Assembly: GCA_000708835.1 (NCBI GenBank)
Contig: DF237181.1
Span: 69,474-133,473, forward strand
Direction: 5' to 3'
Origin: Klebsormidium nitens
Taxonomy: Eukaryota; Plantae; Klebsormidiophyceae
DNA: 64,000 nt
The position numbers were made by a program, and so were the translations under genes. This document shows, piece by piece, positions 12,701 through 25,577 of the stretch (position 1 is its first letter; every line of letters begins with the position of its first letter). The notes below the pieces were generated by a model. That model ran no database searches. It was not told the origin of the DNA and saw only the letters and a list, made by a program, of their open reading frames with translations.

Positions 12701-14394
12701 CTGGGACGGGCGAGGTGAGGTTTTCTGAGGGTTTGGATTTAGTGGATATCTAGGGTTCTCAGGCGAGAGGAGCAGGGAGAGCCGGATCAAGATCTGGGAC
12801 GGGTGAGGTTAGGGCAAAAGAGTTAAGGGTTGCAAAGGACGTTCGAGGGTCTTCAAAAGAGGTCACATGAAGAGTCGATTTTGAAATGGTGCGTCTCCAA
12901 TCTTTTGACACGATCAAGGCCGTCGAGGAGTGGCAATCTGTTAGGTTTAGATTCAGTCGACCGAAATCTGCCAGATAAGCATAACCATTTTTAAAGTTCT
13001 AGAAGTTCAGATGCTGGCTTTCGGTTGTCTGCTTCTTTGGTTGAAAAGCCCCAAAGAAGCTTGGGTTGAACGGTGTGTGGTAGTTACGCGCTCAGTCTTT
13101 TCTGCGGTGTGCTTCTCGCCAGCGGCTATGACCATATCGACCTCTCTGAGTAGCTTCTTCTCAGAACGTTCTGACCCTGCCCTGCCGCCCAAACATTACC
13201 TGATAATAGGATGATTGCCCTCGCATCTTTAGGGCTGCCTCTCGAAGGCCGGCCGGCGCCTCATCGACTCCGGTCGACAACCGACCGTCAAAATCTTTTG
13301 CAGAATCTCACACCGCAGGGGCATCACCTCATGGGTCACGACTCTGTATTGTTCCCTCTGGTAGCCGCACACCCATCAGGCTGCTTCAAAAACAATTCTT
13401 GTAAATCTTAGCAGAGTAAATTCTCGTCTTTAATCAGGAGACAACCCGCACCTGGGCCACCTGGCTTGGGCGGACACGTTCATCGTGACAGCGGACTCGG
13501 TGAGCATGCTGAGCGAGGCCTGCAGCACGGGGAAGCCCGTGTACGTCGTGGGGGGCAGCCGCTGCCGCGGTAAGATTGCCGCCTTCCACCGCACGCTGCA
13601 GGCGCGGGGCGCGACGCGGCCCTTCACGGGCACGGAAGACGTGAGTTTTCTGGGGCTCTTTTACATTGTGCTTCTCGTCGGCATGTACGTTTTTCCAAGA
13701 CAGCTGCTTTTTGCACAAGACATTTTAGTGGTGGCAAGCAAAGGGCAGACGGATACGGATCGGTATTTTGAGGCGTTTTGCGGTTTTCGGGTAAGCAGCT
13801 TCGCGTGCAGGGGTTGGGGGACTTTGCAGCGGTGAGAGCTCGTCAATTGGCTTCTAAAAAATCCGTTGTGGTTATCGAAAGCTGGATCCAGTGCAATTGT
13901 ATAGTTGTGGCGGAAGGGCGCTTATTGATTGTGATTGCATCATCTGGGGACGTACAGTACATTGTTGAAGCGTTGGGTGCTTGCGCTGCGTTGTGTCTCG
14001 CTTGAAGCTGTCGTCGAGAGAAGCTCGAGACGGGTGGTGGGCCGTCTGGAAGTTTGGAATCCTCTGTGTACATCACATGGGGTCTAAGAGCGGAAGCGCA
14101 TCGTGCAGACCCTCTATAATAGTCCGTGACAATGTGCTCGTCTGTTTTGGTATTCAGACTCGTGCAAGTCACGAAATAAGCGCCATAATTCTATGAAGGT
14201 CGAGAGTAATGCATAGGTGTTCACCCGTCCTCTTCAAATCGCCGACCAAAGAGTTAGACTCAGACTCTTGCCGTGTTATATTGCAGATGCGTTCCTCTTG
14301 GAGTTATCCCCCCCTGACAGATACCGCCGACTCTTCAAGGAAGATTGTTGAAATGATGGCTGAACGGGGTTGGAGTATAAGCAAGGGTCCATGA
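9710..14394 (+). CDS. ELM1: Mitochondrial fission protein ELM1
   Basis: Exons 9710-9865, 10432-10676, 10994-11090, 11626-11829, 12408-12714, 13438-13640, 14287-14394 (TGA). Motifs GVPEIF..VVRRAVIIGNG, LVVASGRDT, IQHPR..FDLVITPAHD, VAVSIGGPT, SRRTP, NPHLGHLAWADTFIVTADSVSMLSEACSTGKPVYV. Confidence 0.93.
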
Positions 14395-16446
14395 CCGTGT
14401 CAAGTCGTCTGTGTGCCGCTGCACGAAGGCTTCTGCCTTGCTGGATAGCCAGTGTCGCCTTCAACGGGATGCTAATACAGCAGATTTGTTGCTACAAAGC
14501 TACAGGATCTATAAGCATGTTATGTTACAATATAGCGCATGCGGTGGTTGATTGTCATCTTCTTACTTCAGACGGTAGACTTGCCTATGAATCTCATTAC
14601 AATCTGTATCGATGTCTAGCATATGATGCCGCCCATTGCATGTTCAAATCTACGCGCTTTCAATGTCCTGCTTCCCTCAGTCAGGCAAGACATACCCAGG
14701 CAGCCGGCTCGCATCCAGAACCGTCTCGGTGGCAGGGGGAGTGACTACTAGGACGGTCATCGTAAAGGATTCTACCGTACGGTACTCGAATTCAAGTATA
14801 ACCTAGTGACCGTAAGGACATAGTGACATAACCTCAATTATCCAAATTATATACTATAAACCCTAGCAAGCTTTTGGCCGGAATAGTTCCGACATCGTTT
14901 CGATGCTACTAAGATCGCCATGCGACGGTCGGAACATGAAGGAGCAAAGTATAGCTATCAAGAGCATAACCCGAGCTCTATAATTTTGAATGCCATCCGA
15001 CAATGATTAAGCAAATCTGCATCTAGGTATGTGTAATTTGAAAACTGAGTCTAGATTTGAATCACAGGCCGTCCGATTCGTATATCTTACGGTGTCTGGT
15101 GCTCACGTCACGGTCATGTGCATAAGCCTGAAGGCTGAAGGCGCAATCAAGCCTAATTTACGGACCTTGCCCGCCGGACTCGGTCATCCGTCGGTGGACA
15201 AGTGCCGACGTCAAAGCTCATCCTGACCTTCCAATTGTTTCCTTGTGAGCCGTCAGATCAGTATCCAACGGCGATCAACTGCTTTCCGTGCTTCACGGGC
15301 AGTTATACTCATACCGTTATTGCTGAGGTCAGGTGGTTGAAGGACTCAATCTCGCGAGTCGCATGCCAGGTTTAGAGCTTCGTCTACTGTAGTCTGTAGC
15401 TTGTCGGGAGTGTAGGTACATCGTATACGGTATGTACTGTATATTTACAGTGAATCTAGGTAGGTACCGCGTATGGTCAAGGACGTACCTGCCGTAGTCC
15501 AAAATCAGAGCTTGCTGGAGCTGGGTTGTACACAGTGTGCCCGTTTTCTGTCACGCAAACTCCTCTCGCACTTGAGCATAGGAACAAGCACACTGCTTCC
15601 GCATAAGATTTCTAGCTCGGTAGTACTGATTGGAGCTCGGCCAAAGCCGAAGTGGTAGTGGCCACTTGGCGTCTGAAGGTTATACCGGTATCGTGTCCTC
15701 GCACAAGGTTACTTGCCTTTGGAGATGCAATTGTAGCTCATTTCCAAATTCCAGTTTTCCAAGGTCCAACAATTTTGAGCTCCAGCCCTCACTCATTAGT
15801 GCACGGCGCCATTCGCTATCGTTCAAGGTGCCTGCACAGCTCTGCCTGCATCCTTGTGAAGAAAAGCCCTCAGACCAGCAAAGTACAACATAAGGGGGCA
15901 GGTCAACATTCCTGCCACCGCGCTTCTTGCTGTCACAGGTCAGTGATGTGGCCGTTCTTCAGACTTGATGAAAAGATTCTCTGCATGTGCTTCACTCCTT
16001 TTGCAGTCTGTGGCTTAATCTGCAATTGACCCTTTGTGCGCACATCATTTGTCTTTGCATACACTGCCTCTGTGCGGTGCTTTGTAGACAGTTTAAATTA
16101 GTGGCTCGTTGCAGAAGAAAATAGCATTGTAGAGGGTATTCTTCCACTGCCAAAACCTGACTTGCCACTGCAGGCTTGAGTTTGAAGGCCCTTTCGACCT
16201 GATTACACATGTCAGACTCTGACTTGAATATACTTCAGAAACCAAGTAGTGATCAGAAACCATTGGCAGAGTGGCTTGATTACTGGTGGTTATACAGGTG
16301 GTGGTTGTACTTAATCTACAGAGAAGAGGCACGGCGCCCTTAGTGAGGGCACTTGATTCAAGTCCAGTGTCTAGGCAACATCTAATGTGTGTTCGGCTGT
16401 CGAGCTTCCCTCATCACCCTCTTTCAATTTTTGTGTTCCAGGAGTG

Positions 16447-19400
16447 ATGGCTCTCCCTCGGGTGCTCCGTCTTTTGGCCACTGTCTTTACCACCATATTA
16501 TTTCTGAGCATTGGAGCAATGGCGCAATGTCCACGTAAGCTTTCAAGTCTCCTTCCAAGGTTATGCGAAACGCCTGTTCCATATATAAATTGGTTTCCTA
16601 TGCAATTGCAGCTTCCCTTTTTCCGCTTATAATCTCTTGCAACTTGAGTGGTCAAAGCTCACTTTATGTGCCCTGCCAACCTGTGGAGTTAGCCGACATG
16701 ATATGCCAAGAAAGCAGCACTATTACCTTGTACATGCAGAAAGTTTATGCATTTTTGTGTCCTGAGGAACTCTCGGCAATGTTACCTTAAGTTCCAAAAG
16801 AAGTTTCAGTAAAACATTTTCTTTCCTCTACTCATGTAGCCGGTGCTCCTGGCTGCCCTACCTTTCCCCCCAACAACAACCCTGATTGCGGCACCGACCG
16901 TGGTGCTGCGGTAGTGACCTACAGTGTAACTGATACCTTGAGGTGAGGTGGCAACTAAACTTTCACTTGCTCGTAAGCAGTTGATGTAAAGAATGACAGA
17001 ACAAAAGATGTGCAGCTTCGAGAAGAGTAGGCTGACCACTGGTTTGCAGCGGCAGACTCTTGGTTCTCATGCACATGAGAGATGCCTCTGTATCCTGCGA
17101 TCGCACTTCGTGAACTTTGCATCAGGAGTTCAAAGATTCACATGCATTCCTCTTGGTGCAGAACTATCTTCAGCAACGGCTGCCCCCCTTATGACTGGAA
17201 TGGCTCAAAGAGCCCTGGCCCACCTGGACCCAATGGCACCGCTGAGTTTGCCCACGCTAAACAAAGTCAGATCAGTTTCAACATCCCCCGACGCCCTCGA
17301 ATCCAGGCAGACATTGGTGACGCTCTGCGACTGGAAACCGTCAAAGGGCCTGTGGGCCAGACGCTCTTCGGACCTCCCCTCTTCAGGTGAGGTGGCAGAA
17401 GTGTGTTCTCAAGCAACGAATGGAAAAAGCTGAGTTGGTTGGTGAGCCTTAGAAACAGGTTCACTGAGCACAAAAAGTTCTCAAATAGTGTCCCTTGGAC
17501 CGTGATGAAGATTCGGTTTGCATCAAGACAGACTGTTCAGTTGAGGCACGTCTAAGTGCTCCTTACTATGAGTCCACCTTCCAGATTCCCACACTTCAGG
17601 CAGAAAATGAACCCTTTAAACTGGAGACATACTAGCTTATACTACTCATTGTGTGCACACCCTTTCCTTCCTTCTTGTTACCACATTATCACGCACTCAG
17701 TGTACATCCCTGGTTACCAACCAGATTTCTGATCTCAGTTTAGGTCCTTCCTCTGGACATTCCAGGAGAATAGCCACGGCTGTGCTAAAACATTCAGGTG
17801 CTTCAACCTCGTAGGAAAGCTTCCCTCACCAATTGCACTCGTTCCTTGACCCATTTGCTGACGAACAATCACCATTCCCCACTTGCAGCCCTTTCGACAT
17901 CATGGGGCGCGACGCGCTGGTGTTCGAGGGGGCCACGTTTGATTCCTGCGGCGGCCACGTGGCCCCCGGCCCCGACCAGTATCACTACCACTCCACCCCG
18001 GGAGATGGCGCGGCGACCCGCCACCGAGATTCCCGCAACCTCGATTTTGATGTCTGCGACCAGCTCAACTTTTGGATGCAGCCGGACAGGAGATGGTGGC
18101 ACTCTCCTCTGTTCGGGGTCATGGCTGATGGCGTCCCAATCTACGGACCCAGGGTGAGGACGACTTCCCAAGTAACTTTCTTTCGCTAATGAACGCTTGA
18201 TGGTTGACAGAGGCGGAGGCAGTAGATTCCTTGAACCTCACGCCGTTCCTCAACCAAACGTGCGCAATTGCATGCAGATCGCACGTCAAAGGTGCTCTGA
18301 TCTGCACTTCGACGGTCTGTCGTGCAATTTCCGTTGCGCGTTTTGAGGTCGCTTTGGACGTTGACTAGGAGGTGCCAGTGGCTGAAGCCTGGGTGTCAAT
18401 TTCAACCCCTTGCGGGGCTTATCTACAAGCCGTTCCGAGTGCACATGCTTCATTTCACACGTCATCAAGGACAGATTGCTCAGTTGCTTCTTGGTTTTTG
18501 TACAGGGGGATTGGGGCCAGCTGCCGAAAAACCTGGACGATTGCCAGGGGCACAAGGACACGACGCACCCGTACTACCACTACCATACCACCAGCAACTT
18601 CCCCTACCTAGTGAGTCGACTGTCTCCGTTTCCTCTCGTTGAATATTACGGATGCTTGAATGCTCTTCAGCATTTCGAGGACGGGTAAAGCTTTGTTGTG
18701 GTTACTGCTTTATCGTTCTTCCGGAAGCAACCAGAAAACGAGAGCGGAAGAACGTCCTAAGCGTTTACGTAGGAGGGATTGGATGTAGAAAGATGACTTG
18801 CATTTGAAAGGACTCGTCCTGCGTCAGGAGCTCGAGCAGGAAATGTGCCGTGGGGATGCGCCTCTCAACAGGCCACCAAGACATGTTTCATACTCCGAGC
18901 CGAACACTCGACTGTGTTTTAATCCTCCGCTCTTATGTAGATGAGTGAATTGTTATGCAACTATCAAACGACTTAAGATATCATCAGAGTGTTCCAACGG
19001 CAAACCACAGTATAGTCATGCTGGGTAACAATTTGACAGTGCGAGCAGCTAAACTTTCAATTTCTGTGTACTGACTCTGCTTTGGACGTGCAGACCACCT
19101 GCCTGCGCGGCTGCATGGATCCGAACATCCAACGGGGGAGGAACTGGCAAGGCGTCAACTTCCCGGCTTGCAACCCTGGCTCTGGTAAGCGCGCCTCCAC
19201 CACTTTTCGGCTTTTACTGAAACTCAAAATCTATCCCTCTGTTGTCGTGCATAGGTCCGACAAGAGTCAAGTCGTTCTTTGCAACGGCAACGTACATGTT
19301 TGAGCGTGTTCGAGCGACCTAATGCGGATCGATGAAAGTAATTTGCTTTCGAGCAATCAATTCGTGACATTTCCGTTGATCGTACTCAGCATGCTGACAC

Positions 19401-19599
19401 CTTCAAGTACCGTTCCTGATGGTATCCTCGAACGGCTTGCTAAAAACCTCCGTCAAGCTGGTCCGCTTACCAGCATCGTCGTACTAACTCGCTGATGTTT
19501 TCCCCTGCAGATCAAGCCCCGTACTACTGGCTCGACCTCGAGATCCCGGGGCTCCTCAGCCTGTTCCAGTACGGGGGGAACAACAGGAAGCTCAAGTAG
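16447..19599 (+). CDS. Secreted YHYH-domain protein
   Basis: Signal-peptide-like exon 16447-16534 (MALPRVLRLLATVFTTILFLSIGAMAQCP). One uncertain exon near 16612-16730 is needed for phase. Then 16840-16942, 17162-17386, 17889-18153, 18506-18610, 19094-19184, 19511-19599 (TAG). Family motifs SNGCP, FNIPRRP, DSCGGH..QYHYH, SPLFGVMADGVPIYGP, LDDCQGH..YYHYH..FPY..CLRG. Confidence 0.8.
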
Positions 19600-20677
19600 A
19601 AACCGTCTTGAGCCGACGGTTGAGTTCCGCTTGGATCCCAGCAATGGTCCACGCGCAGGGTATGAGCCTGCTTGTTGTGTTTCGTATTTACTAGTACATA
19701 GTATAAAGGACAGCGTCGCGGCGTATGTACGTATGTATAATAGAGATTATGTAGAGAGTTTGCCACTTTGTAGAGTGCAGCTGCGAAGTCAAGGATCCAT
19801 CTCGTCGCACGTGAAAGGAAAAGCTTGGTGTGTGAAGAAATACATGGAGGTTCGATCTGCCCTCAGAATTAATCAAATCGTGATTGTCCTATATTTCAAT
19901 TAGCAAGGCCTCGGCCAACATGTGCGCGACTTTACTTGCCCTATGCAAAAGTGAGCAAATTACAAACCCCGCATGCAGGAGATGACTTTCTCCTTATAGA
20001 TCTGAGCATATGGACTCAGCGTCTCTGACATGCCATGACGGAGTCCTTAATCCCTCCTTGCATGTGACTCCGTGGCAGTAATGTTTTAGTGGAAACCATG
20101 CTGTCCATGCCGAGCATAACATTCGCAAAGCCACCTCACTGCACTGCAAGACGCCGTTGTTGAATTCGAGTAGCATGCGTTCTTTGACTTCATAATTATA
20201 TGGAACCAATTGAAAAGGTTAGGAGAACCTGCTTTCTTTTCAATGCGGGTGGATAATTGCAATATCGGAGAATCCAGACTGTTTGCTTGTGGTTGTCCGA
20301 CGCATGTGATGGGGTGCGCGGTAGCATACAACGAAGTTTAGCATACCTTTTGGGCTGCCATAGAAAGAGTACTGCATCGCCGTATATTCGGAGCTTTGGA
20401 ATCAAGAATTTCAAGGCAGGGCTATGAAACAATTTTCCATTTGGTTGCAGCCGGAAATGAATCGCATGGGTTCTCAATATGAAACGCGTCGTCAAAGGCT
20501 GATGTTAATTTCTCTCTGCCACTCTCTTCTCGCTTCACAAGTTGCCCGACCGTTCCGACAGTTTCTGCCGTTTGCTTTGCATAGGTACGCGCCTCTTAGA
20601 TTGTGACTATTAATGTACCCATCGAATCTGCATTCTCCTGAGACCCTGAAAAAGCACCGGCGACGGACGAGATCGCC

Positions 20678-23600
20678 CTACATGTTCCCTTCCGGCGCGT
20701 CCCAACGGCCCACCAGATATCTAGCGGAGGAAGTCTTCAAATGCTCCGTCAGAAGATGCGGCCGCGTGCTTTTCGCCGCTCTTGTCGGGCCGCTGCTGAC
20801 GACAGCTTTCTTTGGGGGACGGGTCGAGATGAAGGCGTCGTCGGTACGCGCGCGCAAGACCACCTTCTCGATCTCAGGGTCCGCGTTGAAGCCTGAGAAG
20901 GTGACAGGGACACTCGTGGAACCCAGAAAACTTTGCGGAGCAATCTGCTGTCTTTTTGCAACGACCAGGAGATTGGCTCCGCTCGTCTTCGCCAATTAAA
21001 GAGCACCTCGCAAGGAAATGAACCTCAGCTAAACTTCGCACGCCAAGCTGTAGACTCAATCTCAACTTCGCTTGACACTCTTCAACTCCGTCCATCAATA
21101 TAAGAACCTCTCCCAACCTCAGTATTCAAGAAAGGAACAGAGTTCGGCCTCACCCGTCACCAACCAGTCGAAGGGGAGTGCCTTGTACACCGAATCATTC
21201 CCGGCCACGAAGCAGAAGCACAGAGAAGAGCAGGCCATGTATAAGTCCACCCACTCGAGCGGCGAGTCTCGGGCGGCCATTGTGATGAACGGGAAGTTCT
21301 TGGGGATGACCACCAGCTGCCCGGCAGAAACTTCCTGGTCTAGCGCATTCGTTCCACCGGGCGCCGCGACCTGAATACGCCCTTTGCCCCGGGTGAAGTA
21401 AGTGACGCGGTGCGCGGGAAAGTACCGGCTCGGGGCGAAGATTGCGTCCTACATGGAAGGGTGAAGTCTACATGTTTCCAGAGCTCAAAGAAAGCGTGAG
21501 TGCTTGGAGTGGGCAGTGGTTGAAGTTCAAAGCCGAGCGCGATCTGCGAAGCGAAGTGTAAATTTGAAACGAAGCTCCGAGAGGAATCGGAGGTCTTCTG
21601 AATGCTGAAGAGTGTGCATTGGCATGGGGTGCAATTCTGTTGGTAAAAGTGGGCACTGAGATAGAAAAAGCCGACGCGATTCTTTCACTATTTGCACCAC
21701 TCGGGACACGAGAGCAGCGGCAATGCAAAATAGTATGCCAACTTCTGAGACGTGGAACGCGTTTCCTGATTCTGTACCAACTGCTCGATCTGGAGTTGCA
21801 ACAATGATTCTGTGAGCGCATAACTATGTTGAAGTTCCATTGCAGTTTTTCACGGCTGTTACAACGTGACCGGATTCTCCAATTGCATTTAACTTTGTAG
21901 GAGAAAGGAGCTTTTTGCGATTCCTCCTCCGTGGCAGAAAGAAACCCACATTTTAAATTGCGGACAGGGCGGCGCGTGGTTCCTTACCGGCTTCAGCGTC
22001 GCATATGCGGCGCTAATGTCGACCTTCTCGAGAGACGGCAGCCTAGATACGGTCACAGCTTTGTATGACCCGCCCTTGTTTACGATATCCGGCGGCGTCT
22101 CCTCCAGGTTGAAGCGCATGTCCCCGAGAGGCCAGTCGACAGCCGCGCGCGTGGGCCCGTGCGCGCGCCCGCGCCCGCGCTTCTTCTTATCGAGCTTGAT
22201 GATGGACGCGCCTTTCTCTGACGGCAGCAGCTGTTCGACCGTCGGCTCGTCGACGTTGAACGCGGCCGCGAGGACGTCTTTCGAGAAGCCGTTGAGGATG
22301 GAAGCGCCGCCGGACTTGTCGTCGCGGTTGCCGAAAAGCGTGAAGTTCTGCGCAGCCAGACAGCACGGTTTGGCGGATAGAAGATACTATGAGACTCACT
22401 TCAAAGGCTGGACCGACTCACTTCAAAGGCTGGACCTTCGTGAGCGGAATAGAAACAACCAATCCTTTGATTAACATAACCAATCTCGGTAACACCCAAG
22501 GCAAGCTTGCTTCAAAACAAGATGCAGCGGAACTTATCCGGGAGAAACGGAGCCTTTTAGTTCTAGTTTAGTTATGGAAATAGTGGGATGCGTAGTCACT
22601 AACTTCAAGAACCGGTTTGTCAACTTCTGCGGTCTCTCGAACTCGACTTAAGGAATGCATGGTGCCACTTCCTGACGCAAATCGGACGCGAATCTGACAT
22701 CTGCATAGTAAAAAGCCACCATTACTCGTTACTAAACCCCTTAATATATCCTGCCGCCTCACTACAAGATCAAACAGCGTTGCCGTGCCACTTTTCGCCT
22801 TCTCCGTCCTTGAAGAGTACGATTCTTTTGACGCTCCTCAACCAGAAAGAAGTCTGAGAGGAGACCCTACCGTAGGACTGTCCAGGCCACACGCGCGCTC
22901 CGTGCCGCGGTCCACGCCCAAGATCTTGAATATTTCGCTGCCGTCGTTGTGCAGGCCAAAGACGTGGCCCTCTGGGAGGACGACCACGTCACCCTGCTTC
23001 AGCCGGCGCAGGCTAGTAGGCACGACGGGGTCGATCAGCTCCGCTCTCGCAGACCCTGGAGGCAGAGAACGGGTTAATGCTTGAACTTTTAGGAATCTAA
23101 CCCATCTCCCACGGCTTGAATGATCCGTAACGAGATGTTGAAGATCATGCGCTTGCGCAGTATATTAAGAGATGAACTTTGGAGTGGGCTCGACTAGAAA
23201 GTGCAATTTACGAAACATTAACTAAGGCCTGCGAGTGATGTTCTCGTAATGAGTTTGCGGTTGCAAAGCTTCGACGCAAGTGCCAACAGAACAGTTGAGT
23301 CATTTGGGACTACAAGAGGCTGAATAGAAGAAGAGGAAGAGGTCCTCTGAGCAAATCCATTGCTCCATATTGACTTTACGTCACACCTCGGCGACCGCCA
23401 TACTACTGTCTTGCAATGCACATTCGGGCATTTGCTCTTTGACAACCCTCGAGCTGACCGAAGTGATTGAGCTAGAGATTGTCGCAGTCTTCGCATGAAT
23501 ACCTTGGTTGCTCAGAGGAACAGATTTGGAGCCCCAAAAGAGTTCATTCCGACGTAGCCTCCTCTTCCGCGCACGAGATTGCCTAAAGAAGCCAGTGACG

Positions 23601-23860
23601 TCCCTCTCACCTTCCAGCACGTATCCCAGCGACTGTGCGTTCGAATACTGGGGCAGCAACATTCCCCCGGGCTCCAGAATCAGTTCCTTTACTCCCACCC
23701 GCGCCCACTTCTCCACAGCTGTAGAGGGGCCCCACTGTCGGAGGGATCCCCCCTCGCTCTTGAACACCTCTTTCGGTCCCGGGGGAATGAGCTCATATCC
23801 CCCGCAAGAAACTGAGAGCGGGCGCGAGAGGCCCGAGACAGCGAGAAGTGCGCGCGCCAT
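20678..23860 (-). CDS. Bicupin, 11S globulin/legumin-like (RmlC-like cupin)
   Basis: Exons 23860-23611, 23055-22871, 22347-21988, 21448-21154, 20892-20678 (TAG), all GT-AG and phase-consistent. Two cupin halves: GGSLRQW..LLPQYSNA..YVLEG..LKQGDVVVLPEG..SILNGFSKDVLAAAFNVD; and GG..RLPSL..DAIFAP..YFTRGKGRIQV..GQLVVIPKNF..VAGNDSVYKALP. Confidence 0.85.
22393..22436. repeat. Perfect 22-bp tandem duplication in a cupin intron
   Basis: gactcacttcaaaggctggacc x2. Confidence 0.95.
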
Positions 23861-25577
23861 GATTCTAGTGCGGGTGTAAAAAAGCTGCTGCTGCTCTTAT
23901 CGTTGACTTGGGCGCTTCTCTGAAAGCTTCTCGGATGCTCGTTTTGAGTCGACGCCACCTGCATTCGATTCACGAGAGCCGATTCGTCAATGAGAAGCTC
24001 CGCTTTTCACCTTGCACAGTCCTACAGAACCCTGTACTTCAAACTGAGAGACTCAAGACTCAAGTGCTGAAGTTCCTGCGGAACGAAGGCACAGCCCAGA
24101 CACCCCGTAAGCATTGCAGGCCGAGAGCTTCACGAGCATGACTACTGAGTCAGCTTGCACTTCTCGTCATTTTGATCGGGAACAAGTCTGTCTCTTTCGG
24201 ATCGCCGCAACTAGTATCCGCCCACGTGGGCGCTGAGCCGTACGTTCTTCCGCGGCGCATGCACCCGTTCGTCAGCTCAAGAGCCTTATAATCTGGCCTT
24301 ATCTAATTTAATTTGCCTTTCTGGGAGTCTCTCGGCCAGTCCACGAAGTTCCTCTAGTCTGGACACTTACAAATTGCAACCAGGAGTCTTCACCACTGCT
24401 TCCAGTGGGGAGGCTCTGTCTCTCGCTTCGTAAATGGATAAGATCAGGAGGCGTCAGTTGAGATTGAGCCAAAAGGAGAAGCTGCCCACCAAGCACCCTT
24501 TTGGAGACCAGGGAGAACATGGGAGGGAGCAGTCGAACCTCCAGAAAGGTCATGAAATCGATAACTGAAGTGGCTCATCTTGCCTGGAAGAAGGGTGCCC
24601 CGGCCGCTGTCACGGAGCTTCCTCAACGCCGCAAGGACTTCCCAGGAAGACTGGGATGCCATTGCTAACCAGGAGACTTGAGTCATTTCATGAAAGAGAA
24701 ACTCGAATCCGCAATTTCAGAGCGCTTGTGATTGGAACATGCTATTCTGCTAAGAATTTATGTCATATGGCGCTGAATCAGAGCCCAATCAGAGCTCATC
24801 GGCTCATTGAGCCAACTAACCATAAGCCAATCGCAGTTCGATGACTTGGTAATTCAGAACGAATTTCTCCGTACGTGGACCTTGGGGTGACTTCTAATCA
24901 TGGCCGTCTTCGAGGCGGAGGCCCCATGCACCGTTTGTGCCATCGACCCCTGGAGTCACTTCGGAGCCGCCCTGCATGCGCGGGCCGCCGCCCAAGGATT
25001 CGCCGACCCGCGGCCGGGTCTCAACTAGGTTGATCCTGCCAGAGACCAGCCTGAGTTGAATCTAATCATTACCACAGCGGCTCAGGCTCCGTCCGATCCG
25101 TTCATTCCCGCTCGCTATTGGTTTCAGCTCTGAAAATTCCGCCCGCTATAGTTGCTTGGCCCTGGGCTTGGCCAGCTGCAAGCAAGCTGAGGCGCAGCAG
25201 CAGAGGCTAGAGCCCGTTGCCCAAGCACAATTTCACAAATCAAGGTCAAGGATTATTATCATTGATATCAATCAGGGCCGCCATTTTCCAAGGCGCAAGG
25301 CAGACCTATCAGTGCAGGCATCAGCAGGCACTTTGTTGTGCAATTACTGAATCGGATGAGAACTTGGAAGCTTATGTTTGAGTAGGACCCGTCGTTTGTG
25401 ATAGCATTGCAAGCACGCACCGCCTGGAGCGCAGGCATGAGGGGAAGGCCAAGCACTCAAGTTTCAACCTAAGTGCCTGACTGTTCTGGTCACAACGCTT
25501 GCACATGGCACAGTGACCGGCCATATTTTTCTCCAACTTCTGCAAGCCACAGGCGCCAAGATTGGGTTCCTATTCAG

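Noticed and set aside
17798-17888. Upstream acceptors (17797, 17814) for the YHYH exon
   Set aside because: They give a stop or the wrong phase. The acceptor at 17888 yields the expected PPLFSPFD.
22096-22113. Cupin peptide FNLEET resembling the legumin NG|LEET cleavage site
   Set aside because: It lacks the Gly, and its position aligns with the downstream R-x-N-I/L motif rather than the processing site.
25028-25042. ggttgatcctgccag, identical to the 5' end of 18S rRNA
   Set aside because: The match is only 15 nt and the flanks do not continue as 18S (no tagtcatatgc). Treated as chance or a minute relic, not an rRNA gene.
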